Source: Anaerolineae bacterium (GTDB lineage: Bacteria > Chloroflexota > Anaerolineae > UBA1429). Taken from it: 64,000 nt of DNA. Under the pieces are notes generated by a model. That model had not been told where the DNA came from and did not search any database. It worked only from the letters and a program-made list of their open reading frames with translations. The position numbers were made by a program, and so were the translations under genes. Each line of letters starts with the position of its first letter. The stretch's first letter is position 1. Shown in pieces: positions 47,906 through 58,151 of the stretch. Location: NCBI GenBank assembly GCA_040768605.1, contig JAXGMP010000005.1, positions 136,132 through 200,131 on the forward strand, read 5' to 3'.

Positions 47906-48883
47906 ATGCGCGTATCGTTCATCGGCACGGGAGGAATCGCCCGAAGGCACGCCGAAGGCCTGGTCAAGATGAGTGACATCACTGTGGCAGGAGCCTGCGA
48001 CGTGGTGCCCGAGCGCGCCGAGGCCTTCTGCGGGCAGTTCGGCGGCCAGCCCTACACCGACCTGGCCCAGCTGCTCGACGAAAGCAGGCCTGACGCCCTG
48101 TGGATCTGCCTGCCCCCCTACGCCCACGGTGACGCCGAGATGGCCGCCCTCGAGCGTCGCATCCCCTTCCTGGTCGAAAAGCCGATCGCCAACTCCATGG
48201 TCACCGCCCGCGCCATTCGGGAGCGGGTCGAGGCCAGCGGCGTTCTGGCCGTGGCCGGCTACATGAACCGCTACCGGCGGGGCGTCGCCCGGGCCCGCTC
48301 CCTGCTGGCTGACGACCCGGCCATCCTGGTCCACGGCGGCTGGGTGGGCGGCACGCCGGGGGTGCCCTGGTGGCGCATCAAGGCCCAGTCGGGCGGGCAG
48401 ATCGTCGAGCAGACGACGCATATCTTTGACCTGGCGCGCTATCTCGTCGGCGAGCCGGAAGTCGTCTGTGCCCAGGGGACCCGCGGGTTCGTGCAGGATA
48501 TGCCCGGCTATGACGTCGAGGACGCCAGCGTGGTGGCCGTCCACTTTTGCGGCGGCGCCGTCGGCAGCCTGGTGAGCTCCTGCGCGGGGCGCACGGGCGG
48601 CGGGGGCGTACACCTGTCGCTGACGGCCGCGCACCACCAGATCGACTTTACCGGCTGGGAGAGCGCCGCGGTGATCCAAAAGTCGCCGCTGGAAAAGGAA
48701 CAGATCGCCGGCGAAGCGAACATCTTTGAGATCGAGGATGCGGCCTTCCTGCAGGCGGTGGCCTCCGGAGATCGGTCCGGCATCCTCTCGCCCTATGCCG
48801 ACGCCGTCGGTACGCTGGCCTTCACCCTGGCGGCCAACCTGTCGCTGGAGACGGGCCGGCCGGTGCGGGTCAGCGAGATGTAG
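47906..48883 (+). CDS. Gfo/Idh/MocA family oxidoreductase
   Basis: FIGTGGIA, PP..H, VEKP, SGGQIVEQ..H..D; GGAGG RBS. Confidence 0.9.
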   Translation: MRVSFIGTGGIARRHAEGLVKMSDITVAGACDVVPERAEAFCGQFGGQPYTDLAQLLDESRPDALWICLPPYAHGDAEMAALERRIPFLVEKPIANSMVTARAIRERVEASGVLAVAGYMNRYRRGVARARSLLADDPAILVHGGWVGGTPGVPWWRIKAQSGGQIVEQTTHIFDLARYLVGEPEVVCAQGTRGFVQDMPGYDVEDASVVAVHFCGGAVGSLVSSCAGRTGGGGVHLSLTAAHHQIDFTGWESAAVIQKSPLEKEQIAGEANIFEIEDAAFLQAVASGDRSGILSPYADAVGTLAFTLAANLSLETGRPVRVSEM

Positions 48884-48911
48884 CCACCGCGGCGGACGGC
48901 CGCGACGCTGC

Positions 48912-48977
48912 GAGGCCCGGGACGCGCCAGGCGCGTCCCGGGCCTCATCGCGCCTGCGCCTCATCGCGCCTGCGCCT
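48912..48977. repeat. 17 bp inverted repeat overlapping a 2x16 bp direct repeat
   Basis: gaggcccgggacgcgcc-a-ggcgcgtcccgggcctc, then cctcatcgcgcctgcg twice (48943-48974). Confidence 0.7.
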
Positions 48978-49212
48978 GGCCACTTGGCGAGTGGACGGAC
49001 TGCCCCGCTACAGGGTACGGGGACACGTCACCTGCCCGATGTACGCCAGCGCGCCTGGAGGTATTGTCAGGCCGCACAGAGAGAACGCCGTTGCGTCTCT
49101 AGCAAGTGCCCGGAAACTCGCGGCGAAACATGACGGGAAATGACATAAACCCGTGCTAGAGTGGCAGGTAAGCGTTCCAGAGAAATGCTGTGCGGGAACG
49201 GAGGCAGGCAAC

Positions 49213-49389
49213 ATGTACGCGTTCTGGTTCAGCCAAGTTCGGCGTCAGGATCGTGACGAACGGCACAGCGGGCAGTGGAGCCAGCGAGGGCGGCGTGCGC
49301 CCGAGCAGTGGTATTGGGAGTTCGGGAAGCGGGTGCTCGCCCAGGGGGTGCTCTTCCTGGTCCTGGTGTCACTGGCTGGGGTAGTCTAG
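49213..49389 (+). CDS. Putative small membrane protein (58 aa)
   Basis: GGAGG RBS, ATG, C-terminal hydrophobic stretch VLAQGVLFLVLVSLAGVV. Confidence 0.45.
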   Translation: MYAFWFSQVRRQDRDERHSGQWSQRGRRAPEQWYWEFGKRVLAQGVLFLVLVSLAGVV

Positions 49390-49596
49390 CCACACAGGCG
49401 CACGGCCACCAGACAGAGTCGTCTTCTGGGAGGGCGTCAGGCGGTCACACCGCCCGGCGCCCTCCTTGTGTTTACGCCTCCCAGCGATGGTCGCCCCTGG
49501 CCGCAGGCGCGACCCCGTGCTAGAATCGCCGGCATCCGCTTCCGGCGCCCCTGCCCGCGCAGGCTGCCTCCCATCGGTTGGATCGGAGTCATCGCC

Positions 49597-50484
49597 ATGG
49601 ACCTTGTGAACCTCGCCTGGCTCCTGCTGCTGAGCGCCATCTGGGGCGCTTCGTACATGCTCATCAAGATCGGCGTCGCCGAGATGCCGCCTCTCACCTT
49701 TGCCATGACGCGCGTCTTCTTTGGCACGCTGGTCCTGGCGGTCATGGTGCGCGCGCAGCGGCTGGCGATCCCGCGTACCCGAGGGGACTGGCAACGCTAC
49801 CTCTTTATGGGCATGTTCAACACCTTTCTCCCCTTCGCGGCCATCTCCTGGGGCACGCAGCACATCCCCAGCGGCATCGCCTCGATCCTGAACGCCACGA
49901 TGCCGCTCTTTGTCTTTACCCTGGCCATCGTTCTCCATCTGGAAAGGCCCAGTCTCTGGCGGCTGCTGGGTCTGCTCTTCGGCTTTGCTGGCATTGTGGT
50001 GCTGACCCTGCCACGACTGGAGGGCGGCCTGAACGTCGGGTTGCTCGGCTCATTGGCCATTGTGGCCTCGGCGCTTTGCTACGCGGTGGCTACCGTGTTC
50101 GCGCGGCGGCACATGTCCGGCTACGCGCCGCTGGTTTCCTCGCTCGGCCAGGTCGGCACGGGCTGGGTCTTTCTCCTGGTGGCCTCGCTCGCCATGGAGG
50201 GGCCGTTGGCAGGCCCGGTATCGTTTCGGTCGCTGGGCGTGGCGGCCTTCCTCGGCGCGGTGAGCACCGCCCTGGCCTACCTGATCTACTACCGCCTGGT
50301 ACGGAACATCGGGGCGACGCGCACCTCGATGAACAGCTTTGTCATTCCCCTCTTTGGCGTGTTCTGGGGCTGGCTCATTCTGGACGAACGGCTCGGCTGG
50401 CACGCCTTTCTGGCCCTGGGCCTGATCGTGGTCGGCCTGGCCCTGGTGAACGACCTTCTGGGCCTCGAGCGCCGCCGCGCCTGA
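49597..50484 (+). CDS. EamA/DMT family transporter
   Basis: IWGASY, about 10 TM segments, SGIASILNATMP, P.FGV.WG..IL.E. Confidence 0.9.
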   Translation: MDLVNLAWLLLLSAIWGASYMLIKIGVAEMPPLTFAMTRVFFGTLVLAVMVRAQRLAIPRTRGDWQRYLFMGMFNTFLPFAAISWGTQHIPSGIASILNATMPLFVFTLAIVLHLERPSLWRLLGLLFGFAGIVVLTLPRLEGGLNVGLLGSLAIVASALCYAVATVFARRHMSGYAPLVSSLGQVGTGWVFLLVASLAMEGPLAGPVSFRSLGVAAFLGAVSTALAYLIYYRLVRNIGATRTSMNSFVIPLFGVFWGWLILDERLGWHAFLALGLIVVGLALVNDLLGLERRRA

Positions 50485-50553
50485 CCACGGCCTGCCGCCG
50501 CGCCTGATCACCCTCTCCTGTCCGGCTCACCCCCAACAGCATCCCAATCTCCG

Positions 50554-50586
50554 CTTCACGATTCCTCAACACTCCTGCGCTAGACT
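50554..50586 (+). promoter_or_regulatory. Candidate OmpR-family box and -10
   Basis: CTTCACGATTC (50554-64) matches CTTCACAATTC at 51681-91 in 10 of 11 positions; TAGACT at 50581. Confidence 0.4.
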
Positions 50587-50804
50587 GCAGCCAGAGACGC
50601 CCGCGAGACGCCGCCGGACCGGCCGGAGCAATGGCAGCACCTCTGCCGGCCACTCCGGGCGGAGCGGCCCTTGCGGGGCCGCCGGGCTGATCGGGCCGCT
50701 TCGCCCCACAGGGGGCCTGGCGCCCCGCAATAGGGGGTGAAAACCGGACCGATATCGTTCCATGTGAGCTACCGCTTGTGACATGGTGATAACCGGGAGG
50801 AACT

Positions 50805-51566
50805 ATGAAGAGGAGATTCCGTTGGTTGGGGGCGACCGTCGCCGTCGTGCTGGCGCTGTCGCTGGCGGCGGCGGGCGCTGTGTACGCCCAGGGGCCTGGC
50901 GTCCTGCGCGGCCGGCTCGGATCGACGGCGCTCGAGGCCATCGCCAAAGCGCTGGGGATGACGGCCGACGAGCTTTCCTCCCAGCTGTGGGGTGGGCGCT
51001 CCATCGCCGACCTTGCCGACAAGGTGGGCGTTGATGTGCAGACCCTCTACGATACGGCAGAGAGCGCCCGTGACGAGTCTCGCCTGGCGGCTATAGATGC
51101 CGCAGTCAAGGAGGGCACTCTCAGCGCCGAGCAGGCCACCTGGATGAAGGAAGGCATTTCGAACGGCTATGGCGACGGCCAACTGCGCATGGGTTTGCCA
51201 GGTGGGCGCGGCTACAGCGACGCCGAGCAGGAAGCAATCGCCAAGGCGTTGGGCCTCACGGTGAGCGAGCTGCAGGCCAACCTGTGGGGCGGCCGCACGC
51301 TGGCCGACCTGGCCGATCGGGCCGGCGTCAAGATCGAAGACGTACAGGCCGCCGCGCAGGCCGCGCGCGAGCAGGCCCTTCGCGACCAGATCGCCTCGGC
51401 CGTGGCGAACGGCGAGATCGCGCAGGCCCAGGCCGACTGGATGGTCGAGGGGCTGGAGAACGGCTATCTCGGCCAGGGCGGCCCGATGATGGGTCCGGGG
51501 TGGGGCGGCGGGCACCCGTTCGGCGGCCCGTGGGGGTTCGAAGGCCGCGGCGGCGGGCGCCGCTAG
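50805..51566 (+). CDS. Secreted helical protein with two internal ~95 aa repeats
   Basis: Signal peptide ending AVYA-Q; duplicated EAIAKALG.T..EL...LWGGR..ADLAD..GV...G.....QA.WM.EG..NGY; Gly/Met-rich tail. Confidence 0.85.
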   Translation: MKRRFRWLGATVAVVLALSLAAAGAVYAQGPGVLRGRLGSTALEAIAKALGMTADELSSQLWGGRSIADLADKVGVDVQTLYDTAESARDESRLAAIDAAVKEGTLSAEQATWMKEGISNGYGDGQLRMGLPGGRGYSDAEQEAIAKALGLTVSELQANLWGGRTLADLADRAGVKIEDVQAAAQAAREQALRDQIASAVANGEIAQAQADWMVEGLENGYLGQGGPMMGPGWGGGHPFGGPWGFEGRGGGRR

Positions 51567-51591
51567 GCCCCCTTTCCGACCTCTCTCCCAA

Positions 51592-51630
51592 GCGCCACCC
51601 CTGGCCAATGGCCAGGGGTGGCGCCCTTTT
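51592..51630 (+). terminator. Intrinsic terminator
   Basis: gcgccacccctggcca / tggccaggggtggcgc followed by ccTTTT. Confidence 0.7.
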
Positions 51631-51667
51631 GGGGGCGCCAGTAGAACGCCCATCATGGCGGAGCATG

Positions 51668-51712
51668 TCCTGAACAATATCTTCACAATTCTGGCGCATG
51701 ATCTCGGACAGA
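51668..51712 (+). promoter_or_regulatory. Candidate OmpR-family tandem binding site
   Basis: ACAAT repeated at 11 bp spacing (51674, 51685) in an AT-rich patch upstream of the ABC operon. Confidence 0.45.
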
Positions 51713-51782
51713 TGCGCACGATGGCAGCGCAGCCGCGACAGCGGGAGCAGGCGCCCGGCGATGCGGCCCCCAGAGGAGAAAC

Positions 51783-52535
51783 ATGATCGACATCCGCCAG
51801 GTCACCAAGGTCTACCAGCTCGGCGACGTGCAGGTGCACGCGCTGCGGGGCGTATCGCTCGAGGTGGCGGGCGGCGAGATGGTCGCCGTCATGGGGCCGT
51901 CGGGATCGGGCAAGTCTACGCTGATGAACATCATCGGCTGTCTCGACCGGCCCACTTCCGGAGAGTACTACCTCGACGGCGCCGACGTGGGACGCCTGGA
52001 CGATGACGGCCTGGCCCAGATCCGCAACCACAAGATCGGCTTTGTCTTTCAGAACTACAACCTCCTGCGCCGCACGAGCGCGCTCAGCAACGTGGAGCTG
52101 CCCCTCCTCTACGGGGGGGAGTCCGACCACAACGGAGGCTCATCCAGCCGCCGCCAGCGAGCCATGCAGGCCCTCGAGGCCGTGGGCCTTGCGGACCGCG
52201 CCCAACACAAGTCGAACGAGCTGTCTGGCGGGCAACAACAGCGCGTGGCCATCGCGCGCGCCCTAGTGAAGGATCCGGCCATCATCGTCGCCGACGAGCC
52301 GACGGGCAACCTGGACTCCAAGTCCGGGGACGAGATCCTGAGCATCTTCCAGGCCCTCAACCGGGAACGCGGGCTGACCGTGCTGCTGGTGACGCACGAC
52401 GCGACAGTGGGCGCCAGGGCCGGCCGCATCGTCCGCGTGTTGGACGGGCAGATCGCCAGTGAGGAGAGCGCCTCGACAGGGCTGCCCGGCGCTGCTGGGC
52501 AGGCCGCGCAGCGCAGAGGAGAGATGGGAACATGA
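51783..52535 (+). CDS. MacB/LolD-type ABC ATP-binding protein
   Basis: [37 protein letters not shown]. Confidence 0.95.
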   Translation: MIDIRQVTKVYQLGDVQVHALRGVSLEVAGGEMVAVMGPSGSGKSTLMNIIGCLDRPTSGEYYLDGADVGRLDDDGLAQIRNHKIGFVFQNYNLLRRTSALSNVELPLLYGGESDHNGGSSSRRQRAMQALEAVGLADRAQHKSNELSGGQQQRVAIARALVKDPAIIVADEPTGNLDSKSGDEILSIFQALNRERGLTVLLVTHDATVGARAGRIVRVLDGQIASEESASTGLPGAAGQAAQRRGEMGT

Positions 52536-53005
52536 AGCGGATCTGGCAGGTCGTGATCGCTGTGGTGGCCGTACTCGCCGTGGGTGGCGGAGCGTTCTTT
52601 GGCGGCACCCGGTACGAGCGGAGCCGCATCCTCGCCGATCCGTCGGTGCTTTTCCGTCAGGGGATGGGCCGCCAGTTCACCGGCGGGCAGTTCCCGGGCG
52701 GGCAGTTCGGGCCGAGCGCTGGCGGCACGCCGCCGGCCCCCGGCGAGGGCCGAAGCGGCACCGTCGGCACGATCGCCTCGATCGAGGGCAACGCGCTGAC
52801 CGTAACCAAACAGGATGGCAGCACCGTGCAGGTGGTGACGACGGATAGCACGCTGATCGAAAAGTCCATGTCCGTCACCGTGGCCGACCTTACCGTCGGC
52901 GAGCGCGTGATCGTGTCGGGCGCCGCGAACGCGGATGGCTCGATCACGGCGCGGTCCATCCAGTCTCAGCGGGCCATGGCTGCCCCCACGCCGGCGACCC
53001 CGTAA
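52532..53005 (+). CDS. Membrane-anchored DUF5666-like OB-fold protein
   Basis: N-terminal TM with GGGAFFGG, Gly-rich linker, G.I.SI.G..LTV...DG..V.V...T.I. Confidence 0.7.
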   Translation: MKRIWQVVIAVVAVLAVGGGAFFGGTRYERSRILADPSVLFRQGMGRQFTGGQFPGGQFGPSAGGTPPAPGEGRSGTVGTIASIEGNALTVTKQDGSTVQVVTTDSTLIEKSMSVTVADLTVGERVIVSGAANADGSITARSIQSQRAMAAPTPATP

Positions 53006-53020
53006 CGAGAGAGGTGGCGT

Positions 53021-54652
53021 ATGCGAGTGATCAAGCGTTTCTGGTGGGTATTGGCGCTCGTTCTCTTGGTCGGCGCGGGCGGCTGGTACCTGTGGCTGCG
53101 TGGCGGTACCCCGCAGGCCGCTGAGACGGCCGAGACCGTCGCCGTGACCCGCGGGAGCCTGACGGCCTCCATCTCCCCCACCGGGGAGGTGCAGGCCGTA
53201 CACCGCGCCTCGCTCGGCTTTGATGTGGACCGCGTGGCCCTTGTCGAGCTCAACGTCGCCGCCGGGCAGCGGGTAGCAGAGGGGGACGTTTTGGCTCGCG
53301 TTGACGAGGCGCCCCTCCAGCGCGCCGTCGAGCAGGCCCAGGCCAACGTCCTCACCCTGCAGGAGGCGCTGGAGAAGGCCCAAACCCCCTACACCGACGC
53401 GGACCAAGAGCAGGCCACTCTGGCGGTCGCCCAGGCCGAGACGGCCCTGCAGGAGGCCCAGGAAGCCCTGGCTGACATCCAGGCCCCCGAGCTGGAGGCG
53501 GCCCGCACCGCCGTCAGCGACGCCTCGCTCCGCCTGCAGCAGGCGCAGAACCGCCTGGCCAGCCTGCAGGCCAACACTGCCACCCAAGACCAGATCGCCA
53601 CCTTGCAGTGGCGCTATAACGAGGCCGAGGTCTACCATGGCGGGCTCCTCCAGCAGACCAACGTCACCGAAGAGGGGGCCGACAAAGAGTTGGCCGCCTA
53701 CAACAAGATGATGGACGCCCAAGACGACCTGGAAACGGCCAAGACGCGGGCCCAGCTGGACCTCCTTACGGCGCAGTACAACGTCGCCGCGGCCGAGACG
53801 TCCCTGGCAGAGGCGCGTGGCAACCTCGCCACCCTCCAGGCCGGCCCCACCGCCCTGGCCCTCTCCCAGGCCCAGAACAGGGCCGCCCAGGCCAGGCTCA
53901 CCCTCGCCCAGGCCCAGGACCACCTCGCTACCGCCTCCGCCGGCCCCGCCGAGAAGGATGTCCTCCTCGCCCAGGCCCGCTACGACGCCGCACTCGCCAC
54001 CCTCACCGCCGCCCAGCAGACCCTCGACGACGCCACCCTCCGCGCTCCCTTCGATGGCACCGTCGTCTCCGTACCCGCCCAGGTCGGTGACCTCCTCACC
54101 TCCTCCACCACCGTCCTCACCCTCGCCGACCTCTCTGACCTCCGCGTCATCGCCACCATCGACGAGACCGATATCGCCCAGGTCGCCATCGGCCTGCAGG
54201 CCACCATCACCTTCGACTCCCTCCCCGGCCAACGCTTCTCCGGCCAGGTCCTCGAGGTCCCCCTCGAGGGTACCCTCGCCCAGAACGTCGTCACCTATCC
54301 GGTCCCCGTCAGCCTCACCGGCGCCGAGAACGCCGCCCTCCTCCCCGGCATGACCGCCAACGTCACCATCATCACCGGCCAGCGCCAGGACGCCCTCCTC
54401 CTCCCCATCCTCGCCATCCTCCAGGACGACGCCGGCAACTATGTCCTCCTCCAGGAGGCCGACGGCTCTACCTCCACCGCCCGCGTCGAGATCGGCCTCG
54501 ACGACGGCCAGTACGTCGAGGTCCTCCGTGGGCTCGTCGAGGGCGACCGCGTCCTCGTCCAGATGGCCTCTACCACCACGTCCGAGAATGCGTTCCGCGG
54601 CCGTGCCGAGGAGGGCGGTTTCATGATGCCGATCGGCGGGATAGGGAGATGA
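53021..54652 (+). CDS. Efflux periplasmic adaptor (MacA/HlyD-like) with long coiled coil
   Basis: N-terminal TM, V..GQ.V..GD.LA, LRAPFDG.V, IDE.DI..V..G, LPGMTA, GL.EGD.V. Confidence 0.9.
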   Translation: MRVIKRFWWVLALVLLVGAGGWYLWLRGGTPQAAETAETVAVTRGSLTASISPTGEVQAVHRASLGFDVDRVALVELNVAAGQRVAEGDVLARVDEAPLQRAVEQAQANVLTLQEALEKAQTPYTDADQEQATLAVAQAETALQEAQEALADIQAPELEAARTAVSDASLRLQQAQNRLASLQANTATQDQIATLQWRYNEAEVYHGGLLQQTNVTEEGADKELAAYNKMMDAQDDLETAKTRAQLDLLTAQYNVAAAETSLAEARGNLATLQAGPTALALSQAQNRAAQARLTLAQAQDHLATASAGPAEKDVLLAQARYDAALATLTAAQQTLDDATLRAPFDGTVVSVPAQVGDLLTSSTTVLTLADLSDLRVIATIDETDIAQVAIGLQATITFDSLPGQRFSGQVLEVPLEGTLAQNVVTYPVPVSLTGAENAALLPGMTANVTIITGQRQDALLLPILAILQDDAGNYVLLQEADGSTSTARVEIGLDDGQYVEVLRGLVEGDRVLVQMASTTTSENAFRGRAEEGGFMMPIGGIGR

Positions 54653-54656
54653 TCCG

Positions 54657-55883
54657 GTGAACATGTTGGAGAGCATCCGGGTAGCGCTACAGTCGATCGC
54701 CGCCAACAAGCTGCGCGCCGCGCTCACCATGCTGGGCATGATCATCGGCGTGGCCGCCGTGATCGCCCTGGTGGCGGCTGGCGCCGGCACCCAGGCCGAG
54801 GTCGCCGAGCGCTTTGCCAGCCTGGGGTCCAACCTGCTGACGATCTCGGCGCGCCCCACCTTTTTCCGTGGCGTGGCGCAGGGTTCCGCAAGCACACAGG
54901 CCCTCAGTGAGACGGACGTCCAGGCGATTCGCCGGCTGAGCACCTCGATCGCCGTCATCGCCCCGCAGTACGCGACAAACGGCCAGGTGGTGTATGGGAG
55001 CAACAACACGCGGGCCTCGGTGTTGGGCGTCACCCCAGAGTACCGCACGGTGCGCGACTGGACGGTCGAGCAGGGCCGCTTCGTCGAGAGCCTCGATGAT
55101 TCGACCCATGCCAAGGTCGTGGTGTTGGGGTCTGCTGTGGCTGAGGATCTCTTTGGCACGCTGGCGGGCAGCCCCGTGGGCAAGACGGTCAAGATCAACC
55201 GACAGAACTACCTTGTCATCGGCGTCATGACCACCAAGGGCACCGGCGTGCAGGACCTGGATAGCAGCGTCCTGATCCCCCTGAGTACGGCGCAGATACG
55301 TTTCGGCGGGGCGGGCAACCGGTCGCTCTCGGCCATCCTGGTGCAGGCCGTCTCTGCCGACAAGATGGACTATGCCGTGAGCGAGCTAACGACCATCCTG
55401 CGAGCCAGCCACGGCCTGGCCTCCACACAGACCGCCGATTTCATCATCCAAAACCAGACGCAGATGGTGGAGATGGTCCAGGAGACGGCCCAGACCTTCT
55501 CGGTGCTCTTGGGCAGCATCGCCTCGATCTCGCTGGTCGTTGGAGGAATCGGGATCATGAATATCATGTTGGTATCGGTGACGGAGCGCACCCGAGAGAT
55601 CGGCATCCGCAAGGCCGTCGGGGCCCGCCGGCGCGATATCCTGACCCAGTTCCTGGTCGAGGCGGTCGTCCTCAGTGTGGTGGGGGGTGCCGTAGGTGTG
55701 GCGCTCGGTTACGGCGGCGCCGGCGTCGTGACGCCGCTCCTGGGCGGCTCGAGGGCCATTGTGACGGGGCAAAGCGTGGTCATGGCGCTCGGGGTATCGG
55801 TGGGCGTGGGGCTCTTTTTCGGGATCTACCCGGCCAGCCGGGCTGCCGGGCTGAACCCCATCGACGCCCTGCGCTACGAGTGA
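54657..55883 (+). CDS. MacB/FtsX-like ABC permease
   Basis: [48 protein letters not shown]. Confidence 0.95.
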   Translation: MNMLESIRVALQSIAANKLRAALTMLGMIIGVAAVIALVAAGAGTQAEVAERFASLGSNLLTISARPTFFRGVAQGSASTQALSETDVQAIRRLSTSIAVIAPQYATNGQVVYGSNNTRASVLGVTPEYRTVRDWTVEQGRFVESLDDSTHAKVVVLGSAVAEDLFGTLAGSPVGKTVKINRQNYLVIGVMTTKGTGVQDLDSSVLIPLSTAQIRFGGAGNRSLSAILVQAVSADKMDYAVSELTTILRASHGLASTQTADFIIQNQTQMVEMVQETAQTFSVLLGSIASISLVVGGIGIMNIMLVSVTERTREIGIRKAVGARRRDILTQFLVEAVVLSVVGGAVGVALGYGGAGVVTPLLGGSRAIVTGQSVVMALGVSVGVGLFFGIYPASRAAGLNPIDALRYE

Positions 55884-55911
55884 TCAGCGCGGTGTATCGG
55901 GAGCAGTTGAG

Positions 55912-56598
55912 ATGACCAAGGCGATCCTGGTAGTGGATGACGAGGAGCGCGTGCGCTCCCTGCTGCGCCAGTATCTGGCGCGGGAGGGGTTTGCGGTCAT
56001 CACCGCCTCCAACGGGCGTGAGGCGCTGCATCTGGCGCGGCAAAAGCCCGACCTCATCATCCTCGACGTGATGATGCCGGTGATGGACGGCTACGAGTTC
56101 ATGCGGCACTATCGTGCCGTGGAGCACGGCACCGCCCCGGTCATCATGCTCACCGCCCGGGTGGAGGACGCCGACGCCGTCCTAGGCCTCGAACTGGGCG
56201 CCGACGAGTACGTGACCAAGCCGTTCAGCCCGCGGGTGCTGGTGGCCCGGGTGCGGGCCATGTTGCGCCGAAGCGGCCTCCAGCCCCCCGAGGCCGAGGT
56301 CCTGCGCGCCGCCGACGTCGTGCTGGACCGCGGCACGCGCCAGGTTCTGGTCGGTGGGCGCTCGGTGGACCTGACCCCTTCGGAGTTCGACCTCCTCTCG
56401 GCGCTGATGGCCGCGCCGGGGCGGGTCTACTCGCGGCCAGAGCTCCTCGCCGAGGTACAGGGGGTCATCTACGAGGGCTATGAGCGCACCATCGATGTGC
56501 ACGTCCGCAACCTGCGCGCCAAGATTGAGCCGGATCCGCGCCGCCCGCGTTACGTGGAGACGGTATACGGTGTGGGCTATCGCTTCGCCCCGGAGTGA
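55912..56598 (+). CDS. OmpR family response regulator
   Basis: LVVDD, LD.MMP.MDG, GAD.Y.TKPF, RTIDVH..NLR.K, TVYGVGY. Confidence 0.95.
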   Translation: MTKAILVVDDEERVRSLLRQYLAREGFAVITASNGREALHLARQKPDLIILDVMMPVMDGYEFMRHYRAVEHGTAPVIMLTARVEDADAVLGLELGADEYVTKPFSPRVLVARVRAMLRRSGLQPPEAEVLRAADVVLDRGTRQVLVGGRSVDLTPSEFDLLSALMAAPGRVYSRPELLAEVQGVIYEGYERTIDVHVRNLRAKIEPDPRRPRYVETVYGVGYRFAPE

Positions 56599-56601
56599 GC
56601 C

Positions 56602-57996
56602 ATGCGGTCTCTGTACACCCGTCTGATCGTCGCCTTCCTTATCGTCAGCCTGCTCGGCATCGTGTTGGCCGGCCTGTACATCTGGCGGGTGACCACGTCC
56701 GAGTTTGGCATCTTTGTGGTCGCTCAGAGCCGCTCGACCATCGCCACCAGGCTGGCCGAGACCTACGTGGAGAACGGCGGCTGGGCCGGGCTGACGGAGC
56801 AGATGGTCCTCGGCGGCCCGGAGGTGCCGCCGAGCGGGCCGAGCGGGCCGAGCGGCCCCCGCGAGGGGCTGCCCTTCATCCCTCGCGACCACCTGCTGGT
56901 GGCCAGCGTTGACCGCTCCATCGTGATGGCCGGGCGCGGCTACCGCCTCGGAGCGAAGGTGTCGCCGCAAGAGTACGCCCAGGGCACGCCCGTTCTGGTC
57001 AATGGCCGAGAGGTGGGGCGGCTGTTGTTGGGCTATGAGCCATCGGTTATGAACCGGCCCTTTGACCGCTTCATGGGGCGCTTCTACCTGGCCTTGGGGC
57101 TGGGCGGGTTAGGGGGCACGGGGATCGCCCTGCTCCTCGGCGTGCTTCTGGCGCGCTCGATGACCTCGCCCCTGCGCGAACTCACCCGTGCCACCCAGGC
57201 CATGTCGCGCGGAGACCTGGCGCAGCGCATCGAGGTGCGCCGCGACGACGAGCTCGGCACCCTGGCCCGCTCCTTCAACCAGCTGAGCAGCGACCTGGTC
57301 CAGGCGCAGGCGCAGCGCCGGCAGATGACCGCCGACATCTCTCACGAGCTGCGCACGCCGCTCAGCCTGATCTTGGGGCACGCCGAGGCCTTGGCCGACG
57401 GCGTCCTGGAGCCGACCCAGGAGTCGCTGGACATCATCTACGACGAGGCCCGCCGCCTGACCCGGCTGGTGGATGACCTGCACACGCTGTCCCTCTCGGA
57501 TGCGGGGGAGCTATCGCTCGAGCGACGGCCCACCGAGCCGGCCCTGTTGCTCCAGGCGGCCGCCGCCGCGCACTCTGCCGACGCCGAGGCACAAGGCCTG
57601 CGTCTGGTGCTGGACGTCGCCCCTGACCTGCCGATGGTGGACGTGGACAGGGATCGCATCATTCAGGTGCTGCACAATCTGCTCAGCAACGCCCGCCGGT
57701 ACACACCCGATGGCGGGAGGATCGCCCTGTCGGCCCACCTGGCCGACGGCGCCGTGCAGTTCCGCGTGCAGGATAGTGGCCCCGGCATCCCGGTCGAGCA
57801 ACTCAACAGCGTCTTCGATCGCTTCTACCGCAGCGACAAGGCCCGCCCCCGCAGCGGTGGGGGTTCGGGCTTGGGGCTGGCCATTGCCCGCTCCATCGTC
57901 GAGCGCCACGGCGGGCGCCTGTGGGCGGAGAGCGCCCCGCAGCAGGGGGCCACGCTGATCTTCGAACTGCCCGCCGCGGGCCCAGCAGCGTCCTGA
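56602..57996 (+). CDS. BaeS-like HAMP sensor histidine kinase
   Basis: Two TMs, HAMP, SHELRTPL, NLLSNA, DSGPGI, GSGLGL. Confidence 0.95.
   Translation: MRSLYTRLIVAFLIVSLLGIVLAGLYIWRVTTSEFGIFVVAQSRSTIATRLAETYVENGGWAGLTEQMVLGGPEVPPSGPSGPSGPREGLPFIPRDHLLVASVDRSIVMAGRGYRLGAKVSPQEYAQGTPVLVNGREVGRLLLGYEPSVMNRPFDRFMGRFYLALGLGGLGGTGIALLLGVLLARSMTSPLRELTRATQAMSRGDLAQRIEVRRDDELGTLARSFNQLSSDLVQAQAQRRQMTADISHELRTPLSLILGHAEALADGVLEPTQESLDIIYDEARRLTRLVDDLHTLSLSDAGELSLERRPTEPALLLQAAAAAHSADAEAQGLRLVLDVAPDLPMVDVDRDRIIQVLHNLLSNARRYTPDGGRIALSAHLADGAVQFRVQDSGPGIPVEQLNSVFDRFYRSDKARPRSGGGSGLGLAIARSIVERHGGRLWAESAPQQGATLIFELPAAGPAAS
56830..56856 (+). repeat. In-frame 9 bp tandem repeat x3 (PSG)
   Basis: ccgagcggg ccgagcggg ccgagcggc in the sensor loop. 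Confidence 0.7.
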
Positions 57997-58090
57997 GGGA
58001 GCGTCAGGCTTTTACTCCTCTCCGTCCGCCCCTTCTTTTCTCGCCTGTAGGGCGTTCTTCTGGCCGACCGGTGCCGGCACCGGTCGGCCT

Positions 58091-58119
58091 TTGTGCGGGC
58101 CCGTTGGGTCGCCTATAAT
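58091..58119 (+). promoter_or_regulatory. Promoter of rhaB-nagA-cupin
   Basis: TTGTGC, 17 nt, TATAAT. Confidence 0.65.
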
Positions 58120-58151
58120 GGCCCGGTAGACGAGCCAAAGGAGTCTGACCT

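Noticed and set aside
48943-48977. Direct repeat as a CRISPR remnant or insertion scar
   Set aside because: There are only two adjacent 16 bp copies, with no spacers, cas genes or transposase.
52109-55198. 1029 aa minus-strand ORF
   Set aside because: It is the antisense shadow of four well-supported plus-strand genes. Its G/E/V-rich composition mirrors their C-ending codons, and it has no motifs.
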